DNA of 64,000 nucleotides, taken from the IMG/VR virus record IMGVR_UViG_3300032167_000048; one strand, given 5' to 3'. The position numbers were made by a program, and so were the translations under genes. The stretch's first letter is position 1. Each line of letters starts with the position of its first letter. Below are positions 48,272 to 56,696 of the stretch, in pieces. Origin of the DNA: a virus. Lineage: Duplodnaviria > Caudoviricetes. The notes beneath the pieces were generated by a model. The model did not search any database. It worked only from the letters and a program-made list of their open reading frames with translations, and had not been told where the DNA came from.

Positions 48272-48763
48272 TTGAAAATGTCAACAGCAAATACAGGTTG
48301 GTTAAAAGATAACAATGGAGAAAAATTCGCTCCTAAAACTTTAAGTTCTCAGGTTATAACTGAGAGCGGAGAAACTTTAAATAGTGTACTTGATAATTTA
48401 GATGATGTAAATAAAATGGGCGACTTCATTGTTGAAGAAGCAACTAGTGGCGAATGGACTTTTAGAAGATGGAATAACGGATATTTAGAATGTTGGTGTA
48501 GCGAACAAGTTACTATAGCAGCTAATCCAACGGCATGGGGAAACTCTTATATAATTAAAGGTTCGGCAATTGACTATCCTTTTGAATTTGCCAGAAGACC
48601 AGCTCAATCAATTAGCCTTTACACTGCTGATGGTAGTTACTGGGTAATACCTAATTATAATACAACAACATCTACTGGTACATATTATTGTGCAAGACCT
48701 ACGACAATGTCAACCGCAGTAACTGGGGTTGTATCGTTTATAGTAAAAGGGTCATTAGTTTAG
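48272..48763 (+). CDS. fibre tip/lectin-like structural protein
   Basis: W.FRRWNNGYLECW..YPFEF...P motif typical of gp53-like fibre tips; APKTLS.Q anchor shared with 38726. Confidence 0.6.
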   Translation: MKMSTANTGWLKDNNGEKFAPKTLSSQVITESGETLNSVLDNLDDVNKMGDFIVEEATSGEWTFRRWNNGYLECWCSEQVTIAANPTAWGNSYIIKGSAIDYPFEFARRPAQSISLYTADGSYWVIPNYNTTTSTGTYYCARPTTMSTAVTGVVSFIVKGSLV

Positions 48764-48783
48764 AATTATAATGGGGGTTTAAA

Positions 48784-49020
48784 ATGATTTCAATAGAATT
48801 ATTAAATAAATATAATATGGTTAGTTTGGACGAGTACAAAGAAATGTTCGGGGACACTATGGATACAGAAATAACATTCTACACCACCTTCTTAATTCAA
48901 ACAGACCACATACCAAATAAAATAATTGAAGCTCAGATTATGGGAAAAGAAATTGGTGATTATACCGAAATCTTGAATTGCAGAGAATATTGCAGAGAAA
49001 AAATTAATGAATTAAAATAA
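48784..49020 (+). CDS. small tail-fibre chaperone-like protein
   Basis: L..TD....K..E...R...R..INEL pattern. Confidence 0.5.
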   Translation: MISIELLNKYNMVSLDEYKEMFGDTMDTEITFYTTFLIQTDHIPNKIIEAQIMGKEIGDYTEILNCREYCREKINELK

Positions 49021-49030
49021 TAATTTTAAG

Positions 49031-49062
49031 TGGCAGTGTTGAAAAATACACTGCCATTTTTT
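49031..49062 (+). terminator. rho-independent terminator
   Basis: TGGCAGTGT...ACACTGCCA followed by TTTTTT. Confidence 0.7.
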
Positions 49063-49100
49063 AGATAATGATTAATCATGAATGAAAGGATGGTGGTATT

Positions 49101-50465
49101 ATGGCAAGCGTAAGTTTATCTTCTAACTCTTATGATGGTCGTTATTATAAATTTACAGTAACTCAATCTGGGACATCTACTACCGTATCATGGAAGTTTG
49201 AAGTTTTAGGTGGAAGCGATAATTATTATACTGCGAGTCCAATTAATTGTACTATTAATGGACATAGCGTTTATTCTAAAGATACTATAACAGATTATAC
49301 AACTCATGCGTTTCCAGCGGCAAAAGGTTCTAAAGAAGGAACTTATAATATTGGTAGCTATGGCTCTTTTAAAGTTGTATTGTCTGGAAGACCGTATTAT
49401 CATACAGCAACTACGGAAGAAAAAACTCTTACACTTGAAAAACCGACATACACCATTTCATATAATGCAAACGGTAGCAATGTTTCTGGTGTACCATCAA
49501 ATCAAACGAAAACATATGGAACAGCATTAAAATTAGACACTAAAATTCCAACAAGAACTGGCTACACTTTTAGCAAATGGAATACAAAAGAAGACGGTAG
49601 TGGTACTAGTTATAATGCTGGCGCTAATTATACAGCTAATAGCGCTGTTGCGTTATATGCTATTTGGACAGAAAATATATTTACTGTAAATTACTATAGT
49701 AACTATGCTACTTATGGTGCTTATCAGGGAAGTGCATTAAATGTAACTTCGAATACAAATATTAAGGTTGCGGAAAATCAATTTTTATACGATGATTCAT
49801 ATACAAACGGATTATCTAATGTTCAGAATACATCGTACTTGTATCTATCAAGAATTGGTTATACTCCTACTGGATATTGGGGCACTTCTACAAGCGGTGG
49901 AACTTTAGTAAACGAAGCTACATCATATACTGGCGAGTCACTTGCTAAAGCGTTTGGAAAAACCATTGCAAATGGTAATGATTCTATTAATGTATATCCT
50001 CAATGGAACAAAAATGTATATAAGTTTAACTATGATTCTAATGGTGGTAGCGGATATATAAGCCAGCAATCTGTAGAATGGTTATCCACTTTTACTTTAT
50101 CGGATAATGTCTTTAAGCGTGAGGGTTATAAGTTTGTTGGATGGCACGCTCGCAGAGATAAAGATATGACTTGGTATGTACCAAATGTTGGATGGCTGAC
50201 CGATGATGAAATTATAGCAAATGGCTATACAAAAAGATTATATGAAAATCATGTAGAGCTTATATTTGGAGATTCTTGGGTTAGCGGTGATGAATATTCA
50301 ATAAGTGAATATACTATGTTTGCGGTTTGGGAAATATCAGGTGTTGTTTATATAGATAACGGAACTTCATTTGAGCCATATCTTGCATACATAGATAATG
50401 GAACTGATTGGGAGTTATATCTTATGTATGTAGATGATGGTGAAAATTGGAATATTATAAGTTAA
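49101..50465 (+). CDS. virion protein with InlB-B (Listeria-Bacteroides)-type repeats
   Basis: YTISYNANG..PTRTGYTF..WNT..LYAIW repeats. Confidence 0.7.
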   Translation: MASVSLSSNSYDGRYYKFTVTQSGTSTTVSWKFEVLGGSDNYYTASPINCTINGHSVYSKDTITDYTTHAFPAAKGSKEGTYNIGSYGSFKVVLSGRPYYHTATTEEKTLTLEKPTYTISYNANGSNVSGVPSNQTKTYGTALKLDTKIPTRTGYTFSKWNTKEDGSGTSYNAGANYTANSAVALYAIWTENIFTVNYYSNYATYGAYQGSALNVTSNTNIKVAENQFLYDDSYTNGLSNVQNTSYLYLSRIGYTPTGYWGTSTSGGTLVNEATSYTGESLAKAFGKTIANGNDSINVYPQWNKNVYKFNYDSNGGSGYISQQSVEWLSTFTLSDNVFKREGYKFVGWHARRDKDMTWYVPNVGWLTDDEIIANGYTKRLYENHVELIFGDSWVSGDEYSISEYTMFAVWEISGVVYIDNGTSFEPYLAYIDNGTDWELYLMYVDDGENWNIIS

Positions 50466-50466
50466 A

Positions 50467-51804
50467 TTGGAGGTGGATATAATGAGTTATGTATTGTTAA
50501 GATGTTCGCATAGCGATAATGACCTTTTTCTTGAAAATGCACAAATTACTGTAGACTTTACATGTTTAAACGGAAGTTTAAAAATTACTAGAATAAGAGG
50601 AAAATATGATGGCAATACTGAAATTTATGATAGTGTTGCTAATAAAATTTATATTAAAATTAATGGCGAAACAAGACCATTATTATTAGATAGTAATATT
50701 AGCTTTGGTTCAAATGAATACTCTTTATTGTATAGCAAATCGGATTCAGATTGTTTTATTTGGGATGGTTTAACTGATGACATGGTTTATGCTAAGATTA
50801 TAATGCCAGAATCCAGTGCGATTTTTAGCGAGTCTGAGTTTGATTTTGATATGCGTATGAATTGGACTGAACATACTATCACTTATGATGCAAATGGTGG
50901 TGAAGGTACTCCAAGTCCAACCACTGGTCTTTACAGCAAGACAACTTATTTAAGCTCACAAAAACCAACTAGAATAGGATATGGATTTTTAGGATGGGAT
51001 ACATCTCCAGATTCTAATATGTCATATAAATATTCAAGTGGTTCTGGCATTGTCATTACAAGTGATATAACATTGTACGCTGTTTGGAAAGAAAAAAGCG
51101 GCAAAGATAAAGTGGTTACAGTGGAATCGCTGGCTTCTTTGCATAAATATAACAAAGAAACATATATACCAACTGGTAGAAAAGATGGAAGCACTATTGG
51201 AAAAAATTCTGTGGCAATTAATACAGACTGTACTGCTTCGTCTGAAAATTCTTTTGCATCTGGAAGCGAAACAGTTGCGTCTGCATATGCATCTCATGCA
51301 GAGGGAAATAAAACAGAAGCTACACGTCAATATTCTCATGCTGAAGGATGTCTTTCGGTAGCAAGTGGAGAATCTTCTCATGCAGAGGGATATCGAACAT
51401 CTGCATCGGCAGACCATGCACATGCAGAGGGCAGATTTACAATATCTTCTGGTATTGGAGCTCATGCAGAGGGTAGTAATACTAGAGCTATTGGATATGG
51501 TTCTCATGCCGAAGGATATGAAACAACAGCAGCTAGCGACTATCAGCACGTTCAAGGAAAGTACAATATTCCAGACGTAGATGAAAATGGTGCTGCTATT
51601 AATAAATATGCTCATATTGTTGGTAACGGTAAATATAATAATCCATCTAATGCACATACATTAGATTGGGACGGTAACGCTTGGTTTGCTGGCGATATGA
51701 GTTTTGATGGAAACATGATTTTGTCTTCTAATCAGTTTGGTGACGAGCTTCCTGAAGCTGGAATTGCTGGCAGAATCTTTTTCAAAAGATTAACAGACGT
51801 ATAA
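50467..51804 (+). CDS. virion protein with one InlB-B-type repeat and YadA-like SHAEG repeats
   Basis: ITYDANGG..PTR.GY.FLGW..LYAVW; ~6 HAEG repeats; SNAHTLDWDGNAW shared with 41000. Confidence 0.7.
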   Translation: MEVDIMSYVLLRCSHSDNDLFLENAQITVDFTCLNGSLKITRIRGKYDGNTEIYDSVANKIYIKINGETRPLLLDSNISFGSNEYSLLYSKSDSDCFIWDGLTDDMVYAKIIMPESSAIFSESEFDFDMRMNWTEHTITYDANGGEGTPSPTTGLYSKTTYLSSQKPTRIGYGFLGWDTSPDSNMSYKYSSGSGIVITSDITLYAVWKEKSGKDKVVTVESLASLHKYNKETYIPTGRKDGSTIGKNSVAINTDCTASSENSFASGSETVASAYASHAEGNKTEATRQYSHAEGCLSVASGESSHAEGYRTSASADHAHAEGRFTISSGIGAHAEGSNTRAIGYGSHAEGYETTAASDYQHVQGKYNIPDVDENGAAINKYAHIVGNGKYNNPSNAHTLDWDGNAWFAGDMSFDGNMILSSNQFGDELPEAGIAGRIFFKRLTDV

Positions 51805-51891
51805 AATGTTTGGTGGTTTGTCAGAAGCAACCGTAAATAAAAAACTGAAGAAATTTATGGAGAGGTCTTGCCTTAGTAGACGATTTTAAAT

Positions 51892-51924
51892 AGGGATATA
51901 CCTTTATGGTATATCCTTTTTTTT
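51892..51924 (+). terminator. terminator ending the late operon (probably bidirectional)
   Basis: GGATATACC-TTTAT-GGTATATCC followed by T8. Confidence 0.75.
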
Positions 51925-52039
51925 ACGATTTTTGCATTACATCTTTTATATATTTTTTAGCAAGATACTTTGCTAACGTTTTGTAATTTACTAGTTTACT
52001 TTCTGTTAGTTTTATAACAACTTTTCTCTTATTTCTCAT
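51923..52039 (-). CDS. 38-aa basic protein divergent from the integrase; candidate recombination directionality factor (not in ORF track)
   Basis: MRNKRKVVIKLTESKLVNYKTLAKYLAKKYIKDVMQKS; AAGGAG upstream; TTGACT-17-TAATAT promoter-like sequence at ~52075-52103. Confidence 0.5.
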   Translation of the reverse strand: MRNKRKVVIKLTESKLVNYKTLAKYLAKKYIKDVMQKS

Positions 52040-52208
52040 ATAACATTTTACTCCTTTTTATAACCTTATTTGTTATATTAATCTATCAAACTATCATAGT
52101 CAATATATTTTACTTATTATTTTTATTATGTTAATATATATTTAGGAGGTGATAGCGATGTAGTAATTAAAAAGGTTATAAGAAATAAATTAAAAGGAGT
52201 GATATGAT

Positions 52209-53831
52209 ATGTCTAGTATATCAAGAACAATTGAAAGAAGTCGAACAAGAAAAACAGCAGTTGCTTATGCAAGATACTCTTCTAACAATCAACGTGAGGA
52301 AAGTATTGATGCTCAATTAAGAGCAATTCGTGAATATTGTGAAAAAGAAAATATTGAATTAATTGAAGAGTTTGTCGATGAGGCACTTACTGGCAAAAAC
52401 GATGACCGTGAAGATTTTCAAAATATGATTACAAAGTTATTAAAGGGTCATATACAAGCAGATTATGTTTTGGTTCATAAGTTTAATCGTTTTGCTCGTA
52501 ACAAATTTGATAGTACTTTGCATAAAAAGAAATTAAGAGACATTGGTGTTAAGGTTATTTCTGTAACACAAAAAATTGATGATACACCAGAGGGTGAGTT
52601 ATTAGAGGGTTTTCTTGAAACAATAGACCAATATTATTCTGCCAACCTTGCAACTGAAGTTAGAAAAGGTCTTAGAGAGAATGCATTAAAAGGTAAACAT
52701 GCTGGAGGTCAAGTTTTATTTGGATACTCTTTGGATGATGATGGGTATTATATCCCAAATGAAAATGCAAAAATTGTGAAACGTATTTTTGAAGAGTTTG
52801 CTCTTGGAATACCTAAAACAGAAATTTGTGAAAGATTGAACGCTGAGGGATATAGAAATCAAAGAGGTAAAAAATTCAATACTCGCACACTCTACGACCT
52901 TTTAAGAAATGAGAAATATATTGGCAACTATGTTTATACAATAGACAAAAAAGAAACTATCAGATTAGATGGTATTATCAAAGGTCATCCAATAAACAAA
53001 GAACTATGGAATACCGTTCAAAGATTATGCGATGAATCTTCTGAAACGCATGGCAGACAAAGAAGTCAAAAAAGATATTATTATCTAACTGGTAAAACTT
53101 TCTGCTCTTGTTGTGGAGAACATATCTGTGGTAATGGCTCTAAACGTTCTGGTGGTAAAAATGGTAAATTAAATTATTACTACAAATGCGTTGGAAAAAC
53201 AAATCATAAAAATGGATGCAAAAATCCAAGCCTGAATAAAGATTGGTTTGAACCAAAGGTGTTAAAAGCTGTTCTTGATACGGTTACAAACAAAGAGCAA
53301 GTTAAAGAGATTGCTCAAATGGCTTATAAAGAAATACTTGAAATGAGAGATGAGCCAGTTGTAAGTACTGCTCAACTGAAAAAAGAATTGGCTCAAATAT
53401 TTAAGAAGCAAGAAAGGCTAACAGACTTATATATGGATGGTGATATGAGCAAAGAAATGTTAGATAATAAAAACGGTGAATTAACAAGACGCAGATTCCA
53501 AATTGAAGAAGAATTAGAAAAAAGAAAAAATATTTTAGACGCAGACGATATCCAAGTTGAAGATATTGAAAATTACATTATTCAATTTATTGAAGATGTA
53601 AAAGAAGATTGCGAATCTATAGACGATGAGTTTATGAGAATCATGTTGAATGTATTTGTTAAGAGAGTTGATGTTAGTATTGAGGAGGTGGTAGTCCATA
53701 TCCATACGCCATTTGGTCGTATGGATAGAGGTGATAGCGTTTGTTTTGGTGGGGTAATCCAAAGACTAACACCCATTAATCTAGTACAAATCTTTCCTCG
53801 TAAAACCAATGTTCATGGTAAAAATATTTAA
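52209..53831 (+). CDS. large serine recombinase (integrase)
   Basis: AYARYSS catalytic Ser, RFAR, recombinase domain, Zn ribbon (CSCCG...C...C) and coiled coil. Confidence 0.93.
   Translation: MSSISRTIERSRTRKTAVAYARYSSNNQREESIDAQLRAIREYCEKENIELIEEFVDEALTGKNDDREDFQNMITKLLKGHIQADYVLVHKFNRFARNKFDSTLHKKKLRDIGVKVISVTQKIDDTPEGELLEGFLETIDQYYSANLATEVRKGLRENALKGKHAGGQVLFGYSLDDDGYYIPNENAKIVKRIFEEFALGIPKTEICERLNAEGYRNQRGKKFNTRTLYDLLRNEKYIGNYVYTIDKKETIRLDGIIKGHPINKELWNTVQRLCDESSETHGRQRSQKRYYYLTGKTFCSCCGEHICGNGSKRSGGKNGKLNYYYKCVGKTNHKNGCKNPSLNKDWFEPKVLKAVLDTVTNKEQVKEIAQMAYKEILEMRDEPVVSTAQLKKELAQIFKKQERLTDLYMDGDMSKEMLDNKNGELTRRRFQIEEELEKRKNILDADDIQVEDIENYIIQFIEDVKEDCESIDDEFMRIMLNVFVKRVDVSIEEVVVHIHTPFGRMDRGDSVCFGGVIQRLTPINLVQIFPRKTNVHGKNI
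53730..53773. other. candidate attP site inside the integrase 3' end
   Basis: GGTGATAGCGTTTG-N16-CAAAGACTAACACC, an 11/14 inverted repeat centred on GG. Confidence 0.45.
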
Positions 53832-53851
53832 CTAGGATTATATCATAATAA

Positions 53852-53891
53852 AATAAACCTTGCAGAACTATTTTTATCTGCAAGGTTTATT
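53852..53891. terminator. bidirectional terminator between convergent operons
   Basis: Perfect 15-bp stem AATAAACCTTGCAGA/TCTGCAAGGTTTATT. Confidence 0.75.
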
Positions 53892-53892
53892 A

Positions 53893-54054
53893 TTACTTAA
53901 TTAAAGAATCTTCAATTACTCTCTTTGCTTCGTCTAAGATGTTTTTGTAATGACCACGAGATGAGACCCACTCATCATTTACATATAAATCATATACATT
54001 ATCACCTCTTAGTTTAATTGTAATATCAAATCTTTTAATTGTTTTGTTATTCAT
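53893..54054 (-). CDS. 53-aa hypothetical protein (not in ORF track)
   Basis: MNNKTIKRFDITIKLRGDNVYDLYVNDEWVSSRGHYKNILDEAKRVIEDSLIK; GGAAGG SD. Confidence 0.55.
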   Translation of the reverse strand: MNNKTIKRFDITIKLRGDNVYDLYVNDEWVSSRGHYKNILDEAKRVIEDSLIK

Positions 54055-54070
54055 TTTATATACCTTCCGT

Positions 54071-54478
54071 TTATATATTGCTTTTAATTCTTTCTTTTAA
54101 TTCTGTAGAGCTTAAAGAATGTTGTCTATGTAAATAGTGTGGAGTTTTGTTTAATTTTGTTTCAACTTCTTTGCCATCCCAATCTTTATCCCTATAATCA
54201 TCACCGAGAAATCTAATAGAATAATTAAGGCTGGATGCTAATAGCTCCAAATCTTTTTTGCCCTGATATGGTATAATTTCATCAATAAATTTTACAGCTC
54301 TTAATTGCATGAATCTTTCATAAATAGATTGAATTGGCTGTTTATTATCTGGAAAACAGTTTAGCCCTACTATTAAATAATCACAATTTTCTTTTGCTTC
54401 TTCAATTGCAATTACATGTCCAGCATGAAGGAAGTCTCCAACAACTGGGTAGAATCCTATTTTCATATCACACCTCAT
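54071..54478 (-). CDS. TagD-like nucleotidyl(cytidylyl)transferase
   Basis: GDFLHAGH HIGH-type motif, LIVGL, ER..QL, GDDY and SST.LK. Confidence 0.85.
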   Translation of the reverse strand: MRCDMKIGFYPVVGDFLHAGHVIAIEEAKENCDYLIVGLNCFPDNKQPIQSIYERFMQLRAVKFIDEIIPYQGKKDLELLASSLNYSIRFLGDDYRDKDWDGKEVETKLNKTPHYLHRQHSLSSTELKERIKSNI

Positions 54479-54490
54479 AAAATTTAAGTT

Positions 54491-54718
54491 TTATAACTCA
54501 TCAAATCTTGTTTGCAACCTTTTAATTTCATTGTCACACCAGTTAATAATTGTATTTTTTAAATCTCCATTTTTATCTGCCCAAGACAAATATATATAAT
54601 CTCTAGTGTTAGAGTTTTCTTTTATTATAGGAGCACTAAACATACACCTTCTTAACTCTCTAATGTATTCAATTGTTCTTGAAATTTCTTGCCCTTCTTT
54701 AAGTGTTTGTTCTGTCAT
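54491..54718 (-). CDS. hypothetical protein
   Basis: ORF with GAGG SD. Confidence 0.55.
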   Translation of the reverse strand: MTEQTLKEGQEISRTIEYIRELRRCMFSAPIIKENSNTRDYIYLSWADKNGDLKNTIINWCDNEIKRLQTRFDEL

Positions 54719-54742
54719 TGCTTACCTCTTAAAATCTTAGTT

Positions 54743-54820
54743 TTAATCGTTATAAATTTCATCTTCCCAGAACTCATCATCATCATCGTCATCTTCTGGG
54801 CTTAAATAATATTTATTCAT
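54743..54820 (-). CDS. 25-aa acidic micropeptide (not in ORF track)
   Basis: MNKYYLSPEDDDDDDEFWEDEIYND; AAGGAG SD 8 nt upstream. Confidence 0.5.
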   Translation of the reverse strand: MNKYYLSPEDDDDDDEFWEDEIYND

Positions 54821-54838
54821 TTATATTACTCCTTATCA

Positions 54839-55000
54839 TTAAAAAATTGATATTAACCATTTAATCGCATATGGTAAATTAATAATTGCACATACAGCAT
54901 CCATTGTCATAAACGCAATATTTTTTGTATGATATCCATGATAGAATGCAAGAGCTCCACATATTACACTCATAACAAAATTAAAAAACATAGTATCCAT
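54839..55000 (-). CDS. small membrane protein (53 aa)
   Basis: GGAGGTG SD before MDTMFF; two hydrophobic segments. Confidence 0.55.
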   Translation of the reverse strand: MDTMFFNFVMSVICGALAFYHGYHTKNIAFMTMDAVCAIINLPYAIKWLISIF

Positions 55001-55019
55001 ATTTACACCTCCTATAACT

Positions 55020-55565
55020 TTAATAGTTGAAATATTTTTTTCTATCAATTTTAACTTTGATTTCTGACGACATTCCTTGAATTGATTTTTCGTACCCATC
55101 ATTGTATATTACAAAGTCAACCTCGTCTTCGATTCCATCAAACTGACCAACATCAGACAAGCTTCTTCTGTACGCTTCTTCAATATTATCGCCACGTTGA
55201 AGAATTTTAATTAGTCTATCTCTACGAGGGACATTGATATAAAATGAGATTATATTAATGCCATTAATTTTACTTACTTGTCTTAATCCATGTGGTGTAA
55301 GCACTGCAATTTTATCATCTGTACAATCTTCTTTTGCAGTTCCATAATGCCATCCGTTATATACAGCAGTCTCTGCAAAAAATCCCTCATTTTTTAATTG
55401 TAAAAATGTTTTATCATCGGTGAAGTGATAGTCAACACCATCTACTTCACCGTCTCTAGGCTGTCTAGTTGTATATGAAACAACTTTTTTATAGCCATCA
55501 TTTTCTACTAAATATTTTTCAATACTAGATTTACCACTAGCTGATTCTCCTACCAATACAATCAT
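55020..55565 (-). CDS. gmk: guanylate kinase
   Basis: GESASGKS P-loop, SYTTRQPRDGEVDGVDYHF and YNGWHYGT. Confidence 0.9.
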   Translation of the reverse strand: MIVLVGESASGKSSIEKYLVENDGYKKVVSYTTRQPRDGEVDGVDYHFTDDKTFLQLKNEGFFAETAVYNGWHYGTAKEDCTDDKIAVLTPHGLRQVSKINGINIISFYINVPRRDRLIKILQRGDNIEEAYRRSLSDVGQFDGIEDEVDFVIYNDGYEKSIQGMSSEIKVKIDRKKYFNY

Positions 55566-55576
55566 AATCTACTCCT

Positions 55577-55726
55577 TTACATATCTCTAACTTTTGCTTT
55601 AAGTTGTTCAAGAAAAATATATTCATCTGTATCATATCTATCTTTTGCTATCATATGTTTTACTTGTTCGTTAATTATAAGGTCGAGTAAAGTAGTTTTT
55701 TCTTCTTTCGTCAACTTCTGGCACAT
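55577..55726 (-). CDS. 49-aa hypothetical protein (not in ORF track)
   Basis: MCQKLTKEEK...KVRDM fills the gap between two co-oriented genes. Confidence 0.5.
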   Translation of the reverse strand: MCQKLTKEEKTTLLDLIINEQVKHMIAKDRYDTDEYIFLEQLKAKVRDM

Positions 55727-55727
55727 T

Positions 55728-55940
55728 TTAAATACCACCCTTATCTAAAATGTCAAATATTGTAATCATATCTTTTCTTGAAATGCTTACTTCTTTAATC
55801 TGTTCTTTTATTTTATTCATGTTAACTTCTATTGGATAGTCATCTAAAAAGTCAATTAATACTTGAAATGCTTGTCTTCCTAATCCTTTACAATGAATGA
55901 GATTAGTTAAAAGCTCTCTTTTACTAATTAAATCGTCCAT
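55728..55940 (-). CDS. hypothetical protein
   Basis: MDDLISKRELL phage-type N-terminus; GGAG SD. Confidence 0.55.
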   Translation of the reverse strand: MDDLISKRELLTNLIHCKGLGRQAFQVLIDFLDDYPIEVNMNKIKEQIKEVSISRKDMITIFDILDKGGI

Positions 55941-55943
55941 ATT

Positions 55944-56564
55944 CTACTCCTTCCAAATATTTGTGTCGCTACAAATTTGTTCCTTAATAAACTCCGTATA
56001 TTCTTTTAATTCTTTTTTGAATGCTTCTTTTTTGTTATATTCGCATGTGAACATTTCAGGACACAACCCATTTCTATATACACATTCTCTAACACACAAA
56101 CTATGTAATTCTGGTTCTAATTCTTTAAATGCATTTACAATTTTATCCCATACATATCTTGTTTCATAGCTTGCACAATTACAGTATCTTTTTCTAGAAA
56201 TATTTATAAAAGCCTGAAAATTAAAAATATATTCGGCACTTTGCAATGTATTTCTATTCGGAACTTCATCATAATTATTTCTATCACTTCTTAATGTTGA
56301 TACAAATGGGGTTGCACCAAGGCTATGTCTAACTAAATGCCCATGAACAAATTGTGGCGCGTCATAAACTTTTACAATAATATGCGGAATTCTGATTGGA
56401 GAATGTTCAGCCATTAGCAATCTTTTTTTCCAATCAGAGTCTGGGTATTTGCCACTGTCCCTTCCAATTGTGGTCATTGTAGCATTTTTAACTTCTTGCC
56501 ACATATCTTCGTGCCATCTCACTTCTACTCTTACTTTTGATAAATCTGCTTTTTTATTACTCAT
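55944..56564 (-). CDS. thyX: FAD-dependent thymidylate synthase (ThyX-like)
   Basis: EHSPI, HLVRH.....S.R and SRKRYC..AS.ETR motifs. Likely start MSNKK, after GGAAGG and a promoter. Confidence 0.75.
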   Translation of the reverse strand: MSNKKADLSKVRVEVRWHEDMWQEVKNATMTTIGRDSGKYPDSDWKKRLLMAEHSPIRIPHIIVKVYDAPQFVHGHLVRHSLGATPFVSTLRSDRNNYDEVPNRNTLQSAEYIFNFQAFINISRKRYCNCASYETRYVWDKIVNAFKELEPELHSLCVRECVYRNGLCPEMFTCEYNKKEAFKKELKEYTEFIKEQICSDTNIWKE

Positions 56565-56649
56565 TTTATCTACCTTCCTTTTAATATATAACCTTAACAG
56601 TATAAAAGCTATAACCAACTGTTAAGATTTAACATCTTTTACAAGTATG

Positions 56650-56688
56650 ATTATAGCTTATTATCTTAACTTTGTCAAGTACTTTTTT
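56650..56688 (-). promoter_or_regulatory. consensus sigma-A promoter for the thyX operon
   Basis: TTGACA (56673-78), 17 nt, TATAAT (56650-55); A-tract upstream. Confidence 0.8.
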
Positions 56689-56696
56689 AAAAAATT

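Noticed and set aside
51845-51885. Hammerhead ribozyme suggested by CUGAAGA
   Set aside because: No stem II followed by GAAA could be built.
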